This document shows positions 1 through 9,140 of a stretch of 51,901 bases of DNA, piece after piece. The notes under the pieces are model-generated. The model had not been told where the DNA came from and searched no databases. It saw nothing but the letters and a program-made list of their open reading frames with translations. The translations under genes and the position numbers were made by a program. This stretch comes from a candidate division WWE3 bacterium (GTDB lineage: Bacteria; Patescibacteriota; WWE3; UBA101185; UBA10185): NCBI GenBank assembly GCA_003599255.1, contig QZJF01000012.1, positions 1 to 51,901 of the forward strand. The letters are read 5' to 3'. Each line of letters starts with the position of its first letter. Positions within the stretch are counted from its first letter, which is position 1.

Positions 1-60
1 TGGTAGAATGTCTCCCTTCCAAGGAGAAGGTCGCCGGTTCGAATCCGGTCCGCCGCTCCA
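1..60 (+). tRNA. tRNA-Gly(TCC), 5' end cut by the window edge
   Basis: Anticodon arm TCTCC-CTTCCAA-GGAGA, T-loop GGTTCGAATCC, encoded CCA at 58-60. Confidence 0.93.
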
Positions 61-82
61 TGTAGCGTAAGAATGAGAACTT

Positions 83-158
83 GCGCCCGTAGCTCAGAGG
101 ATAGAGCAGTTCCCTTCTAAGGAAAAGGTCGGGGGTTCGACTCCCTCCGGGCGCGCCA
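83..158 (+). tRNA. tRNA-Arg(TCT)
   Basis: Acceptor stem GCGCCCG/CGGGCGC, anticodon loop CTTCTAA, GGTTCGACTCC, CCA end. Confidence 0.95.
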
Positions 159-176
159 TCTGATGAGTTAATCTAC

Positions 177-262
177 GGGCGAGTGGTGGAACGGCAGACA
201 CGAGAGACTTAAAATCTCTTGTCCTTCGGGACGTGAGGGTTCGACCCCCTCCTCGCCCACCA
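177..262 (+). tRNA. tRNA-Leu(TAA)
   Basis: Acceptor stem GGGCGAG/CTCGCCC, anticodon arm AGAGA-CTTAAAA-TCTCT, long variable arm GTCC-TTCG-GGAC, CCA end. Confidence 0.95.
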
Positions 263-266
263 TTAT

Positions 267-1574
267 ATGAAAATAAAAGTTAACGGAGGCTTCAAGTTAA
301 ACGGCACCGTAACCCCAATAGCAAACAAAAACTCAATTGTTGCGGCCCTTCCTGCCAGTATTCTAATCAAAGGCAAAACAGTATATAAAAATGTTCCAAA
401 ATCCACTGATGTCGACAAAATATTAAGTATACTCAGGGACCTTGGCGCGGTAGTAAATGACGTGGACTACAACAATTTGACTGTAGACTGTACAAATGTA
501 AAAAGTTGGGAAGTTAATTCGCAATCTTCCAATAAATTTAGGGGATCTATTATGTTCGCCGGACCTTTACTTGCCCGGTTTGGTAAAGCCAAGATCCCTC
601 TCCCCGGCGGATGTGTGCTTGGAAAAAGATCAATTGCCGCCCATCTGGATGTTTTTAAGGGATGCGGTATAAAAACAGAATATGGAAAAGATTCCGTAAC
701 ATTTTCCGTCACTAGAAAATTAAAAAATGTACGGATATGGCAACTGGAGGCCAGCGTTACAGCTACTGAAAACTTTGCAATGTTCGCGGCGGGCACTGAC
801 GGAGTGTTTGAACTTATTGACGCTGCGTGTGAACCACATGTTTCCGAAGTTTTGACTTTACTCGAGAATATGGGTGCGAAAATTTCCGGTGTTGGATCAA
901 ATAAAATCCTAATCACGGGGACTAAAGAACTTAAAGGAACAACCTATACTCCGGGGCCTGATGTTATCGATATTGTTGGTTATATAACAGCAGCTGCCTT
1001 AACAAAAGGAAAAATATTAATAAAAAACGCAAACGTCCCGGACATTGTAGACGGAGTGATCCAGTATTTAACAAAATTCAACATAAAAATTACGGAGTCA
1101 GGCAAAGATCTGCTCGTTGACGGCACTAAACCTTTAAAGATTGACCTTGTTAACTCAGGAATACCACTTGCAGGGGACGATCTGCCGAAATTTTCTCCGC
1201 GCCCCTGGCCTGGTTTCCCGGTGGATGCCCTCCCGCAAATTGTAGCTTTAGGATGTAAGTTAGATGGACGTATTCTTATTCAAAACTGGATGTATGAATC
1301 GGGACTGGAATTCAGCAGGGAAATTCTGTCAATGGGAGGTAACGTTTTTATGTGTGATCCACAAAAAATCATAGTGTCAGGTCCCGCAAAACTTAAAAAT
1401 TCGGAGGTATTTCCACCGGACGTTATCCAAGCAATCATGGCTCTCTTTTTACTAGCACTCAGCGACCCGGTCGAAACTACAATAAATAATGCACAATTTT
1501 TGCTTCGCAGATACCCGAATATAATCCGGGATTACACTAAACTTGGAGCTAAAATAAAAATAATCGAATCATGA
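267..1574 (+). CDS. murA: UDP-N-acetylglucosamine 1-carboxyvinyltransferase
   Basis: N-terminal KNS, LPGGCxLGxR with the catalytic Cys, SVTATEN, PWPGFPVD motifs. Confidence 0.92.
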   Translation: MKIKVNGGFKLNGTVTPIANKNSIVAALPASILIKGKTVYKNVPKSTDVDKILSILRDLGAVVNDVDYNNLTVDCTNVKSWEVNSQSSNKFRGSIMFAGPLLARFGKAKIPLPGGCVLGKRSIAAHLDVFKGCGIKTEYGKDSVTFSVTRKLKNVRIWQLEASVTATENFAMFAAGTDGVFELIDAACEPHVSEVLTLLENMGAKISGVGSNKILITGTKELKGTTYTPGPDVIDIVGYITAAALTKGKILIKNANVPDIVDGVIQYLTKFNIKITESGKDLLVDGTKPLKIDLVNSGIPLAGDDLPKFSPRPWPGFPVDALPQIVALGCKLDGRILIQNWMYESGLEFSREILSMGGNVFMCDPQKIIVSGPAKLKNSEVFPPDVIQAIMALFLLALSDPVETTINNAQFLLRRYPNIIRDYTKLGAKIKIIES

Positions 1575-2626
1575 GAAATTATCTTGTTTTACTCATAACA
1601 ACACTAACGATACTTATAAACTCTCAGTATAGAGTATTAGCTCAGGATTCCTCAGGTGTTCAATATAGAGGCACCATTATAGAAATACTGGAAGAAACTA
1701 CTGAAGAATCCCGAGTTATTTATCAAAAGTTACTTGTGAGACTATCAAACAAGGAAAATGTGGAGGTGGAAAATAAAACACGCGAAACAGGGAGGAATTT
1801 GACATACAGAGTAGGGGACAAGGTAATACTCCAAAGTTTTGAAGTAGGTGAAACACAAACAATGTTTATTACTGATTATGATAGAACAGGGTTTTTGATA
1901 TTTATTTTTGCTGTATTCACCATATTATCAGTAATGATAGGCAAAAAACATGGTTTGTACTCTGTAGTCGGGATGATTTTTTCTTTTTTTATCATTTTTA
2001 AATTCATGCTTCCCCAGATAGTTTCAGGTAAAAACCCGATAATAATAACTATACTTACAGCACTGTTAATAACCCCTATTACTTTTTATCTTTCTCATGG
2101 CTTTAATAAAAAAACACACGTGTCGATTTTTAGCACGGGAATAGCGCTTATTCTAACCTCGATATTAACGTCATTATCTATAAGTCTTGCAAAACTCACA
2201 GGATATTCTACGGAAGAGGCTGTTTTTCTTCAGGTCTCTGTTGAATCAATTAACATGAAAGGAATTCTATTGTCAGGGATTATTATTGGTCTGCTTGGAA
2301 TACTTGATGATGTAACTGTTTCACAATCCAGCACGGTAATGCAGCTAAAAAAACTGAACCCTAATATGGGGACTCTGGAGCTATATCAAAACGCTATGGT
2401 TATAGGCAGAGATCACATTACTTCAATGATAAATACACTTGTGTTGGTTTACGCCGGTGCCGCCATGCCGCTTCTTTTGCTATTTTCCAACTCACAACAG
2501 CCGGCATTGTTTGTAGTCAACATGGAATCGGTTTCAGAGGAAATTATCAGGACGCTACTGGGAAGTATCGGCTTGATAATGGTAGTGCCAATATCAACTT
2601 TTTTTGCCGCAGTTGTAGCAGAGTAA
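1571..2626 (+). CDS. YibE/F family membrane protein
   Basis: Multiple hydrophobic segments; LGILDDVTVSQ and GRDHITSMINTLVLVYAG family motifs. Confidence 0.85.
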   Translation: MRNYLVLLITTLTILINSQYRVLAQDSSGVQYRGTIIEILEETTEESRVIYQKLLVRLSNKENVEVENKTRETGRNLTYRVGDKVILQSFEVGETQTMFITDYDRTGFLIFIFAVFTILSVMIGKKHGLYSVVGMIFSFFIIFKFMLPQIVSGKNPIIITILTALLITPITFYLSHGFNKKTHVSIFSTGIALILTSILTSLSISLAKLTGYSTEEAVFLQVSVESINMKGILLSGIIIGLLGILDDVTVSQSSTVMQLKKLNPNMGTLELYQNAMVIGRDHITSMINTLVLVYAGAAMPLLLLFSNSQQPALFVVNMESVSEEIIRTLLGSIGLIMVVPISTFFAAVVAE

Positions 2627-2670
2627 TACAAATCCTTGATTTTTCGAAATCTGAAAGAGTAAACTAATAT

Positions 2671-4389
2671 GTGCAGCATAAAAAAGTAGCTCATCAGGAT
2701 ATTCCAAAATCAAAATTCATATTTGTAACAGGTGGGGTTATCTCAGGCCTCGGCAAAGGCATCACATGCGCTTCACTTGCGAGACTTGTTCAGGAACATG
2801 GCTATAAAGTGTCTGTAGCAAAAGCTGATATGTACCTGAATCTAGACGCAGGCACCATGAACCCTCTTGAACACGGGGAGGTTTTTGTAACTGAAGACGG
2901 CATGGAAACAGACCAGGATGTTGGGCATTATGAAAGATTTATCAATCAAGATTTAAGCAGAAACAGTTACTTTACATTAGGTCAGATTTATTACGATGTG
3001 ATTTCAAAGGAACGAAGACTTGAGTATGACGGAAAGTGCGTGGAGGGACATATTCATATACCAGAAGAAATAATTGGCAGAATCCTAAACTCTGTTAAAG
3101 ACACCGATACAGAAGTTACTTTCATAGAAGTTGGAGGAACAGTTGGAGAATACCAAAACATTATGTTTTACGAGGCTATACGCCGATTTAAACAACGCTA
3201 CCCTAATAATGTTTTCCTTGTGCATTTGGTATATCTAATAGTCCCCGGTTTTTTGGGCGAAATGAAAAGTAAACCTGCGCAATCGTCCATATACGAACTT
3301 TATAAGTTGGGCCTCCAACCTAATTTTGTAGTTTGCAGAGGAGATACTGAAGTCGATGAAAAACGTAAAACTACTATCTCATTTAATACAGGGGTCAAAT
3401 ACGATCACATTATATCCGCACCAGATGTAGATACAATTTATGAAATACCTTTAGTTTTAAAAAGACAGAAAATGGATGTTCTGATCCTAGAAGAAATGGG
3501 CCTGAAACCAAAAAGCAAGACCGACACTTCCTGGGAAATAATGGTTAAGAATACAAAGAAGGCAAAAGATGTGCTTTCAATAGCAATAGCCGGAAAATAT
3601 TTCACATCGGGAAATTTTTGCTTGGAAGACTCTTACGTATGCGTAATTGAGGCAATTAAGCACGCCTGCTGGAAAAGCAAAATCAAACCGGAAATTCACT
3701 GGTTTGATGTAGAAAAACTGGAGAATCCCAAAACAAAAGCTGAAATCGAAAAACAGCTCATTGTGGCCGATGGAATAATCGTTCCACAGGGATGGGGAAA
3801 AAGAGGAGTTGAAGGTAAACTTGAAGCAGTCCGAATTGCACGTGAAAATAAAATTCCGTACCTCGGTCTGTGCTTTGGAATGCAAATGGCTGTCATAGAG
3901 TATGCACGCAACGTCCTGAAGCTTAGAGATGCAAATTCGGAGGAAGTTGACCCGAATACTAAAAACAAGGTCATCCATATTATGGAGCTTCAAAAAGAAT
4001 TTCTGACAAAACAAGAGTACGGCGGGACCATTAGACTTGGGGCTTACCCCTGTAAAATTAAGCCGGGGACATTACTTGAAGACGCCTATAAAAAAAACGG
4101 CGCGCACAGAATTAACAAAGGCACTGTAATGGAAAGACATAGACACAGATATGAATTCAATAATCAATATAGACAAATGCTTGAAGATAAAGGACTCGTT
4201 ATCAGCGGGACATCTCCCGACAACATGCTAGTTGAATCCATAGAATTGCCCGTTAACACACATCCGTTCTTTGTAGGCACTCAGTTTCATCCCGAATATA
4301 AGTCACGCCCGCTTGACCCCCACCCGATATTTTGTGAATTTATAAACGTCAGTAAAAAGATAAAAATTAAAAATGAAACAACTATTTAA
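2671..4389 (+). CDS. pyrG: CTP synthase
   Basis: KFIFVTGGVISGLGKG, GTMNPLEHGEVFVTEDG, GLCFGMQ, ERHRHRYE, QFHPEY. GTG start. Confidence 0.98.
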   Translation: MQHKKVAHQDIPKSKFIFVTGGVISGLGKGITCASLARLVQEHGYKVSVAKADMYLNLDAGTMNPLEHGEVFVTEDGMETDQDVGHYERFINQDLSRNSYFTLGQIYYDVISKERRLEYDGKCVEGHIHIPEEIIGRILNSVKDTDTEVTFIEVGGTVGEYQNIMFYEAIRRFKQRYPNNVFLVHLVYLIVPGFLGEMKSKPAQSSIYELYKLGLQPNFVVCRGDTEVDEKRKTTISFNTGVKYDHIISAPDVDTIYEIPLVLKRQKMDVLILEEMGLKPKSKTDTSWEIMVKNTKKAKDVLSIAIAGKYFTSGNFCLEDSYVCVIEAIKHACWKSKIKPEIHWFDVEKLENPKTKAEIEKQLIVADGIIVPQGWGKRGVEGKLEAVRIARENKIPYLGLCFGMQMAVIEYARNVLKLRDANSEEVDPNTKNKVIHIMELQKEFLTKQEYGGTIRLGAYPCKIKPGTLLEDAYKKNGAHRINKGTVMERHRHRYEFNNQYRQMLEDKGLVISGTSPDNMLVESIELPVNTHPFFVGTQFHPEYKSRPLDPHPIFCEFINVSKKIKIKNETTI

Positions 4390-4810
4390 ATCCTTTTTGA
4401 TAATTTTTGTAATATTGTTCTTGATTTATTACTGGTTTCTATACATAGATATCAAAGAAAAATGTGTATTCGTATTAGTGCCTACATTTCAGCCCAGCAA
4501 CTTAAGTACAAAGGAAACTATAAATTTTCTAAAAGAGAGCTCAGCTGAAGAATATAAAAATTTATGTATTCATGTTAGTGCAATAAATAAGAATCCCGCC
4601 TGCGGCGGGTTTGATGGGGGGTGTTATGAACCAAATAAAACAAGAACCATATACGTAGGAAACGATCAGAATAACATTGCACTTGCTGCAGCGATTTTAG
4701 TTCATGAAACGTGTCACGCAATTCAGGGTCAAAAGGGGTTACCTTTAGCAGAAGGAGAATGCTACGCTGCCGGATCCCATTATCTTAATTCAATAACTGA
4801 TCTGTATTAA
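4373..4810 (+). CDS. Membrane-anchored putative zinc metallopeptidase (HExxH)
   Basis: N-terminal TM helix; ILVHETCHAIQ followed by a downstream E (AEGECY). Confidence 0.6.
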   Translation: MKQLFKSFLIIFVILFLIYYWFLYIDIKEKCVFVLVPTFQPSNLSTKETINFLKESSAEEYKNLCIHVSAINKNPACGGFDGGCYEPNKTRTIYVGNDQNNIALAAAILVHETCHAIQGQKGLPLAEGECYAAGSHYLNSITDLY

Positions 4811-4813
4811 AAG

Positions 4814-5287
4814 CTATTCCAGAGAGCTGGCGATTTTACTCAGAACTTTCACTCGGTCATTAAAATCCGTATCTTTACCATTAAGGGGTTTTATAAACAC
4901 GTACCCCGTATTTTTTAAATAACACCCGTTATTATTCTGCATAAATATTTTTGATGTTTTTTCGTCACTCAGAATACAAGGGGATTCATCAATGGCTCTA
5001 ACGTTCCTACAAAGTTTTAGATAATTAATATAATCAGTGCGCTTTAAAGTAGCAATTATACCCTTTACAGTATTCCTGGAAGTATCCATCCCCGAAGTTC
5101 TCACTTTAATCAGGCAATAATTTTCAGGATCAATATAGTACTGCGAAACAAATAGAATAAATATCCCAAAGGCAACCGGCAGTGCTAGTATAAATAGTAA
5201 AGTAAATAACTTGGTTTTTTTGGGATTCCTGAAACGCAGCGTACTTTCTATTCCGGAATACGCTGATTCTTCATACAGGGAAATCAT
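4814..5287 (-). CDS. Membrane-anchored hypothetical protein, paralog of 4373..4810 without HExxH
   Basis: TM helix; shares the YID..C, LK..Y..LC..V.AI...P(A)C and GCY pattern with its neighbour. Confidence 0.65.
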   Translation of the reverse strand: MISLYEESAYSGIESTLRFRNPKKTKLFTLLFILALPVAFGIFILFVSQYYIDPENYCLIKVRTSGMDTSRNTVKGIIATLKRTDYINYLKLCRNVRAIDESPCILSDEKTSKIFMQNNNGCYLKNTGYVFIKPLNGKDTDFNDRVKVLSKIASSLE

Positions 5288-5345
5288 ATATATTATTGTA
5301 CGCTATACAAATAAACATTAATATTAACCTAAACAAAAACTGCTC

Positions 5346-6743
5346 ATGATAGGAAACAAAAATCTGCCCAATATCATATATCTATTATTCGCAACCCTAA
5401 TCCTTGTTGAGGCATTTTTAAGTATATTTTCCCTTCTGGCATTCACACCGGTGATTACCTTTATACTGATAATAACAACAGCATTGACCTCGTTGCTTTT
5501 TTATTTTTTTCTCCAATTTTATGAATACCTTAACCAAAAAACCAAGCTGACCGAAACCCAAAATGCCGAACTAACAAATACAAAAGATAAATTAACAAAG
5601 ATATTAATTGAGCTTGAAGAGGAAAAACAGACAACGGAAAAACAAAAAAATGAATTGCTAAAGTTAGAACTGGCCATAGCTAATGCATCCGACCCTATTG
5701 TTATTACCGACCCGGATGCAAAGATTATTTATGCTAATAAAGCGGTTGAATATATTACAGGTTACACAAAGAGTGAAATTATCGGAGCTAGTCCAGCACT
5801 TTGGGGCAAACAGATGAGCAAAGAGTTTTACGAAAACATGTGGTACACAATAAAAACCAAGAAAAATAATTATCACGGATTAGTAACCAACAAGAAGAAG
5901 AGTGGAACGAAATATATTGCAGAAGTACACATTTCACCAGTGATAAACGAGAAAGGGGATATTCTGTACTTTGTCGGAATTGAGCGGGACGTTACCCAGC
6001 TAAAAGAAGCGGACAGGATGAAAACGGAATTTATTTCACTGGCTTCACACCAGCTCAGAACTCCTTTATCCACTATGAAGTGGTATTTGGAGATGCTTAT
6101 GAACGGGGACGTGGGCAAAATGAACAAAGAACAAAATGATTTTATTAAGTATATAAATAAAGCAAATGAGAGAATGATCGAGCTTGTTAACTCGCTGCTT
6201 AACGTCTCAAAAATCGAATCCGGAAAATTAATGGTTGATCCGGTTCCAACGGACATTGTCATGCTAATTGAGGAAGTTGTGAATGAAATCGCCCGTAAGA
6301 TAGAAGAAAAAAAGATTCAATTCTCAATGGACGTTAACCGCTCGGTGCCAAAAACAATAAATTTAGACCCGAAAATGTTCAGACAAGTAGTAAGCAACTT
6401 GCTTTCCAACTCAATCAAATACACGCCTGATTACGGAATGGTCAGCATAGCACTATACACTGAAGATAAAAATCTGGTGGTGCAGGTGAAAGACAATGGA
6501 TACGGAATACCTGCTAAGGATCAATCAAAACTATTTACAAAATTCCACAGAGGCGAAAACATCGCGAAAATGGAAAACGATGGGACAGGACTAGGACTAT
6601 ATCTGGTAAAAGCAATACTTGATGCATCCGAAGGAAAATTATGGTTTGAAAGTGAGGAAAACAAGGGATCAACATTCTGGGTGAGCATTCCTTTGGAGGG
6701 AATAAAGCGATCAGAAGGCGATGTTACACTTGACAGCTACTAG
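5346..6743 (+). CDS. PAS-domain sensor histidine kinase with N-terminal TM segments
   Basis: PAS/PAC, H-box EFISLASHQLRTPL, N-box NLLSNSIKYT, G1 DNGYGIP, G2 GTGLGL. Confidence 0.95.
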   Translation: MIGNKNLPNIIYLLFATLILVEAFLSIFSLLAFTPVITFILIITTALTSLLFYFFLQFYEYLNQKTKLTETQNAELTNTKDKLTKILIELEEEKQTTEKQKNELLKLELAIANASDPIVITDPDAKIIYANKAVEYITGYTKSEIIGASPALWGKQMSKEFYENMWYTIKTKKNNYHGLVTNKKKSGTKYIAEVHISPVINEKGDILYFVGIERDVTQLKEADRMKTEFISLASHQLRTPLSTMKWYLEMLMNGDVGKMNKEQNDFIKYINKANERMIELVNSLLNVSKIESGKLMVDPVPTDIVMLIEEVVNEIARKIEEKKIQFSMDVNRSVPKTINLDPKMFRQVVSNLLSNSIKYTPDYGMVSIALYTEDKNLVVQVKDNGYGIPAKDQSKLFTKFHRGENIAKMENDGTGLGLYLVKAILDASEGKLWFESEENKGSTFWVSIPLEGIKRSEGDVTLDSY

Positions 6744-6764
6744 ACTGCCTATATGATTTAGGTT

Positions 6765-7160
6765 ATGACACACAAAAATATGACTATAATGGTTATAGAG
6801 GATGAGGAGCTACTACTTAACGCCATTACAAAGAAACTGGAAGTAAGCGGAATAAAGCCTATGGCTTATCTTGACGCTGATACAGCTTTGGCGTATCTCA
6901 TGGATGAGAGCAACATTCCCCCGCATGCAATATGGCTTGATTATCATTTAAAAGGTACAGATGGTCTCGAATTCACTAAGAAAGTAAAAGAGTCACCACG
7001 TTTAAAGAGCATCCCAATAGTTGTAGTGAGCAATTCGGCAAACGATGAGACCGTAAAAAACGTTTTGTCACTTGGTATAGATAAGTATCTTCTTAAAGCG
7101 GAACACAGATTGGACGATATAATAAAAGTTATTGAAAGTATTTTGGAGACCAATAAATAG
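6765..7160 (+). CDS. Stand-alone response regulator receiver
   Basis: VIEDEE, IWLD (phospho-Asp), VVSN, YLLK; no output domain. Confidence 0.9.
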   Translation: MTHKNMTIMVIEDEELLLNAITKKLEVSGIKPMAYLDADTALAYLMDESNIPPHAIWLDYHLKGTDGLEFTKKVKESPRLKSIPIVVVSNSANDETVKNVLSLGIDKYLLKAEHRLDDIIKVIESILETNK

Positions 7161-8234
7161 ATGAGGAACTTCTTTTCCGAACATCCTATACTTGCAGTCT
7201 TGATGACGTCGTGTCTGACAACCGTATTTCTATCGGTGGTTTCGGTACTTCTTTTTGTCGCCATTGTTGTCAAAAGCTTTTCATGGCTTGGAGAGCAGCT
7301 TGAAATGCCGGTAAGTGATTCTTCTGAAGAATATTCCTATATAGCAGGTAGTAGTAACAGTCAAAACAAATTACTCTCGATAAAAATAGATGGAGTTATA
7401 TACTCCTCGAGAACCGCTAATGATCCCTTTGACTTTTTATTTCCTGGCACCACATATGGTTATACTATAAAGGATATTTTGACTAAAGCTGCGGAAGACC
7501 CTGATATCAAGGGAGTTATTTTGGAAATCGACTCTCCCGGAGGGACAATCAATGGCTCAAGGGCTATTTATGACGGCGTAAAGTATTTCAAAACCAAATC
7601 CGGAAAACCTGTACTGGCTTTTATAGAAGGTATCGGGGCATCAGGTGCTTACATGAGTGCTATTGCAGCCGATTATATTACTGCCGATCACGGTAGCCTC
7701 ACCGGCAGTATCGGAGTGATCATGGGACCTTTTAAATACTATAACAAGGTAATATCCGAAAGCGATTTTGTAGGCAGTGTGGCAACAGAAAACGGAATTG
7801 AATATACATACATTACTGGTGGAGAGGATAAGGAATTCGGATCCCCATACAAACCCTTGTCCGAAAAAGCAAGAAACATTATGCAGCAAAACGTAGACAC
7901 TGAGTACCAAAGTTTCGTAGAACTGGTATCCACAGACAGAAACATCTCGCGCTTGGATATTACTCAGAATATCGGAGCCCTAGTATATGAAAACACTCAA
8001 GCAAAAGAGCTGGGACTAATTGATGAAATTAAAAATAAGCATGAATCATACAATCACCTTGCTAATATGTCTGGAATTACAAGTAGTGATTATCAGATTG
8101 TAGGTTATAAAGAAAATGATCTGTGGTCCAGCATTTTTTCAGGAGTTTTATCTAACTTTTATAGTGCAGAAACTTTAGAGTGCCGCCTCTGCAATCAAAT
8201 GCTTTTTTTGTACGGCGAACCTCGGATATTTTAA
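7161..8234 (+). CDS. sppA: Signal peptide peptidase SppA (S49)
   Basis: IDSPGG, GASGAY, TGSIGV motifs; N-terminal TM. Confidence 0.9.
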   Translation: MRNFFSEHPILAVLMTSCLTTVFLSVVSVLLFVAIVVKSFSWLGEQLEMPVSDSSEEYSYIAGSSNSQNKLLSIKIDGVIYSSRTANDPFDFLFPGTTYGYTIKDILTKAAEDPDIKGVILEIDSPGGTINGSRAIYDGVKYFKTKSGKPVLAFIEGIGASGAYMSAIAADYITADHGSLTGSIGVIMGPFKYYNKVISESDFVGSVATENGIEYTYITGGEDKEFGSPYKPLSEKARNIMQQNVDTEYQSFVELVSTDRNISRLDITQNIGALVYENTQAKELGLIDEIKNKHESYNHLANMSGITSSDYQIVGYKENDLWSSIFSGVLSNFYSAETLECRLCNQMLFLYGEPRIF

Positions 8235-8249
8235 ATATATAATTAATTC

Positions 8250-8936
8250 ATGAAAAAATATCGGGATTACCTACTTTTAATACTTATCTTCTTTTTGGTT
8301 GGTATAGGTGTTTACTCAAACATCATGCAGCAAAATGCCGTAGATCAAACCAAAATACCCGGAAAGGTCGAGGAAAGCAGGGGTTTTCAAAGGTGGACTA
8401 CTAATTTGCGGAATAAAGATGTTGTTCTTGATGCAGATAATTTCAGGTTGGTTGAAGTGAATGAAGTGTATAACACTAAATGGATGAAGGTATATTCTGC
8501 AGATGATCCTGAACAGAAGATAATTTTTGAAAAAACACTTGCGGAACATAGGGAACTTGATAAAGTTATATTTTCTCCCAGCGATAGAGAATTTATTGAC
8601 TTTAGAAATATCGACCGTGGAGACTATAAATCAAATGAAGTCAGATTCTACGGTCAAAAAGAAGACAAGATAATTGACTCAAGAGTTCTAGATTGTTCAA
8701 TCAAAGCAAATTGCTATATAGACAGAGCATATTTTCTGGATAATGATGTTTTTGTAATTTCAGAAATTTCCAGAAACATTGACAAGAAAGATGAGAACCC
8801 GGCTATATGCACCCCTGAGGAGGCCTGTACTTACACGTTCAAAGTACATGTTGTCGATTTAATAAACAACAAGAGACACATATATGAATCTGAAACTTTT
8901 GAAGTAGTGCTGGTACAGCTAATTCCTGAGTTGTAG
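8250..8936 (+). CDS. Exported or membrane-anchored hypothetical protein
   Basis: 228-aa ORF, N-terminal hydrophobic anchor, two Cys pairs; TATAAT 6 nt before the ATG. Confidence 0.7.
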   Translation: MKKYRDYLLLILIFFLVGIGVYSNIMQQNAVDQTKIPGKVEESRGFQRWTTNLRNKDVVLDADNFRLVEVNEVYNTKWMKVYSADDPEQKIIFEKTLAEHRELDKVIFSPSDREFIDFRNIDRGDYKSNEVRFYGQKEDKIIDSRVLDCSIKANCYIDRAYFLDNDVFVISEISRNIDKKDENPAICTPEEACTYTFKVHVVDLINNKRHIYESETFEVVLVQLIPEL

Positions 8937-8956
8937 TGTGTTAAAATTGGCTGCGA

Positions 8957-9032
8957 CGGGGTGTGGCTCAGTTGGTAGAGTGCACGGTTTGGGACCGTGA
9001 GGCCGCCGGTTCGAGTCCGGCCACCCCGACCA
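8957..9032 (+). tRNA. tRNA-Pro(TGG)
   Basis: Acceptor stem CGGGGTG/CACCCCG, anticodon arm CACGG-TTTGGGA-CCGTG, GGTTCGAGTCC, CCA. Confidence 0.95.
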
Positions 9033-9140
9033 TTATTTGTAATATTATTGATTGAAGACAACAGGAAGCTTAAAACTATTTTTGGAAACAACCTCAAAGA
9101 CTCAAATCAGTAAAATTCAATTAATGCTAAAATTTAATCA

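Noticed and set aside
4592-4612. CCCGCC-TGC-GGCGGG-TTT terminator-like hairpin
   Set aside because: It lies inside a coding region (NPACGGF) and has a short U tract; probably incidental.
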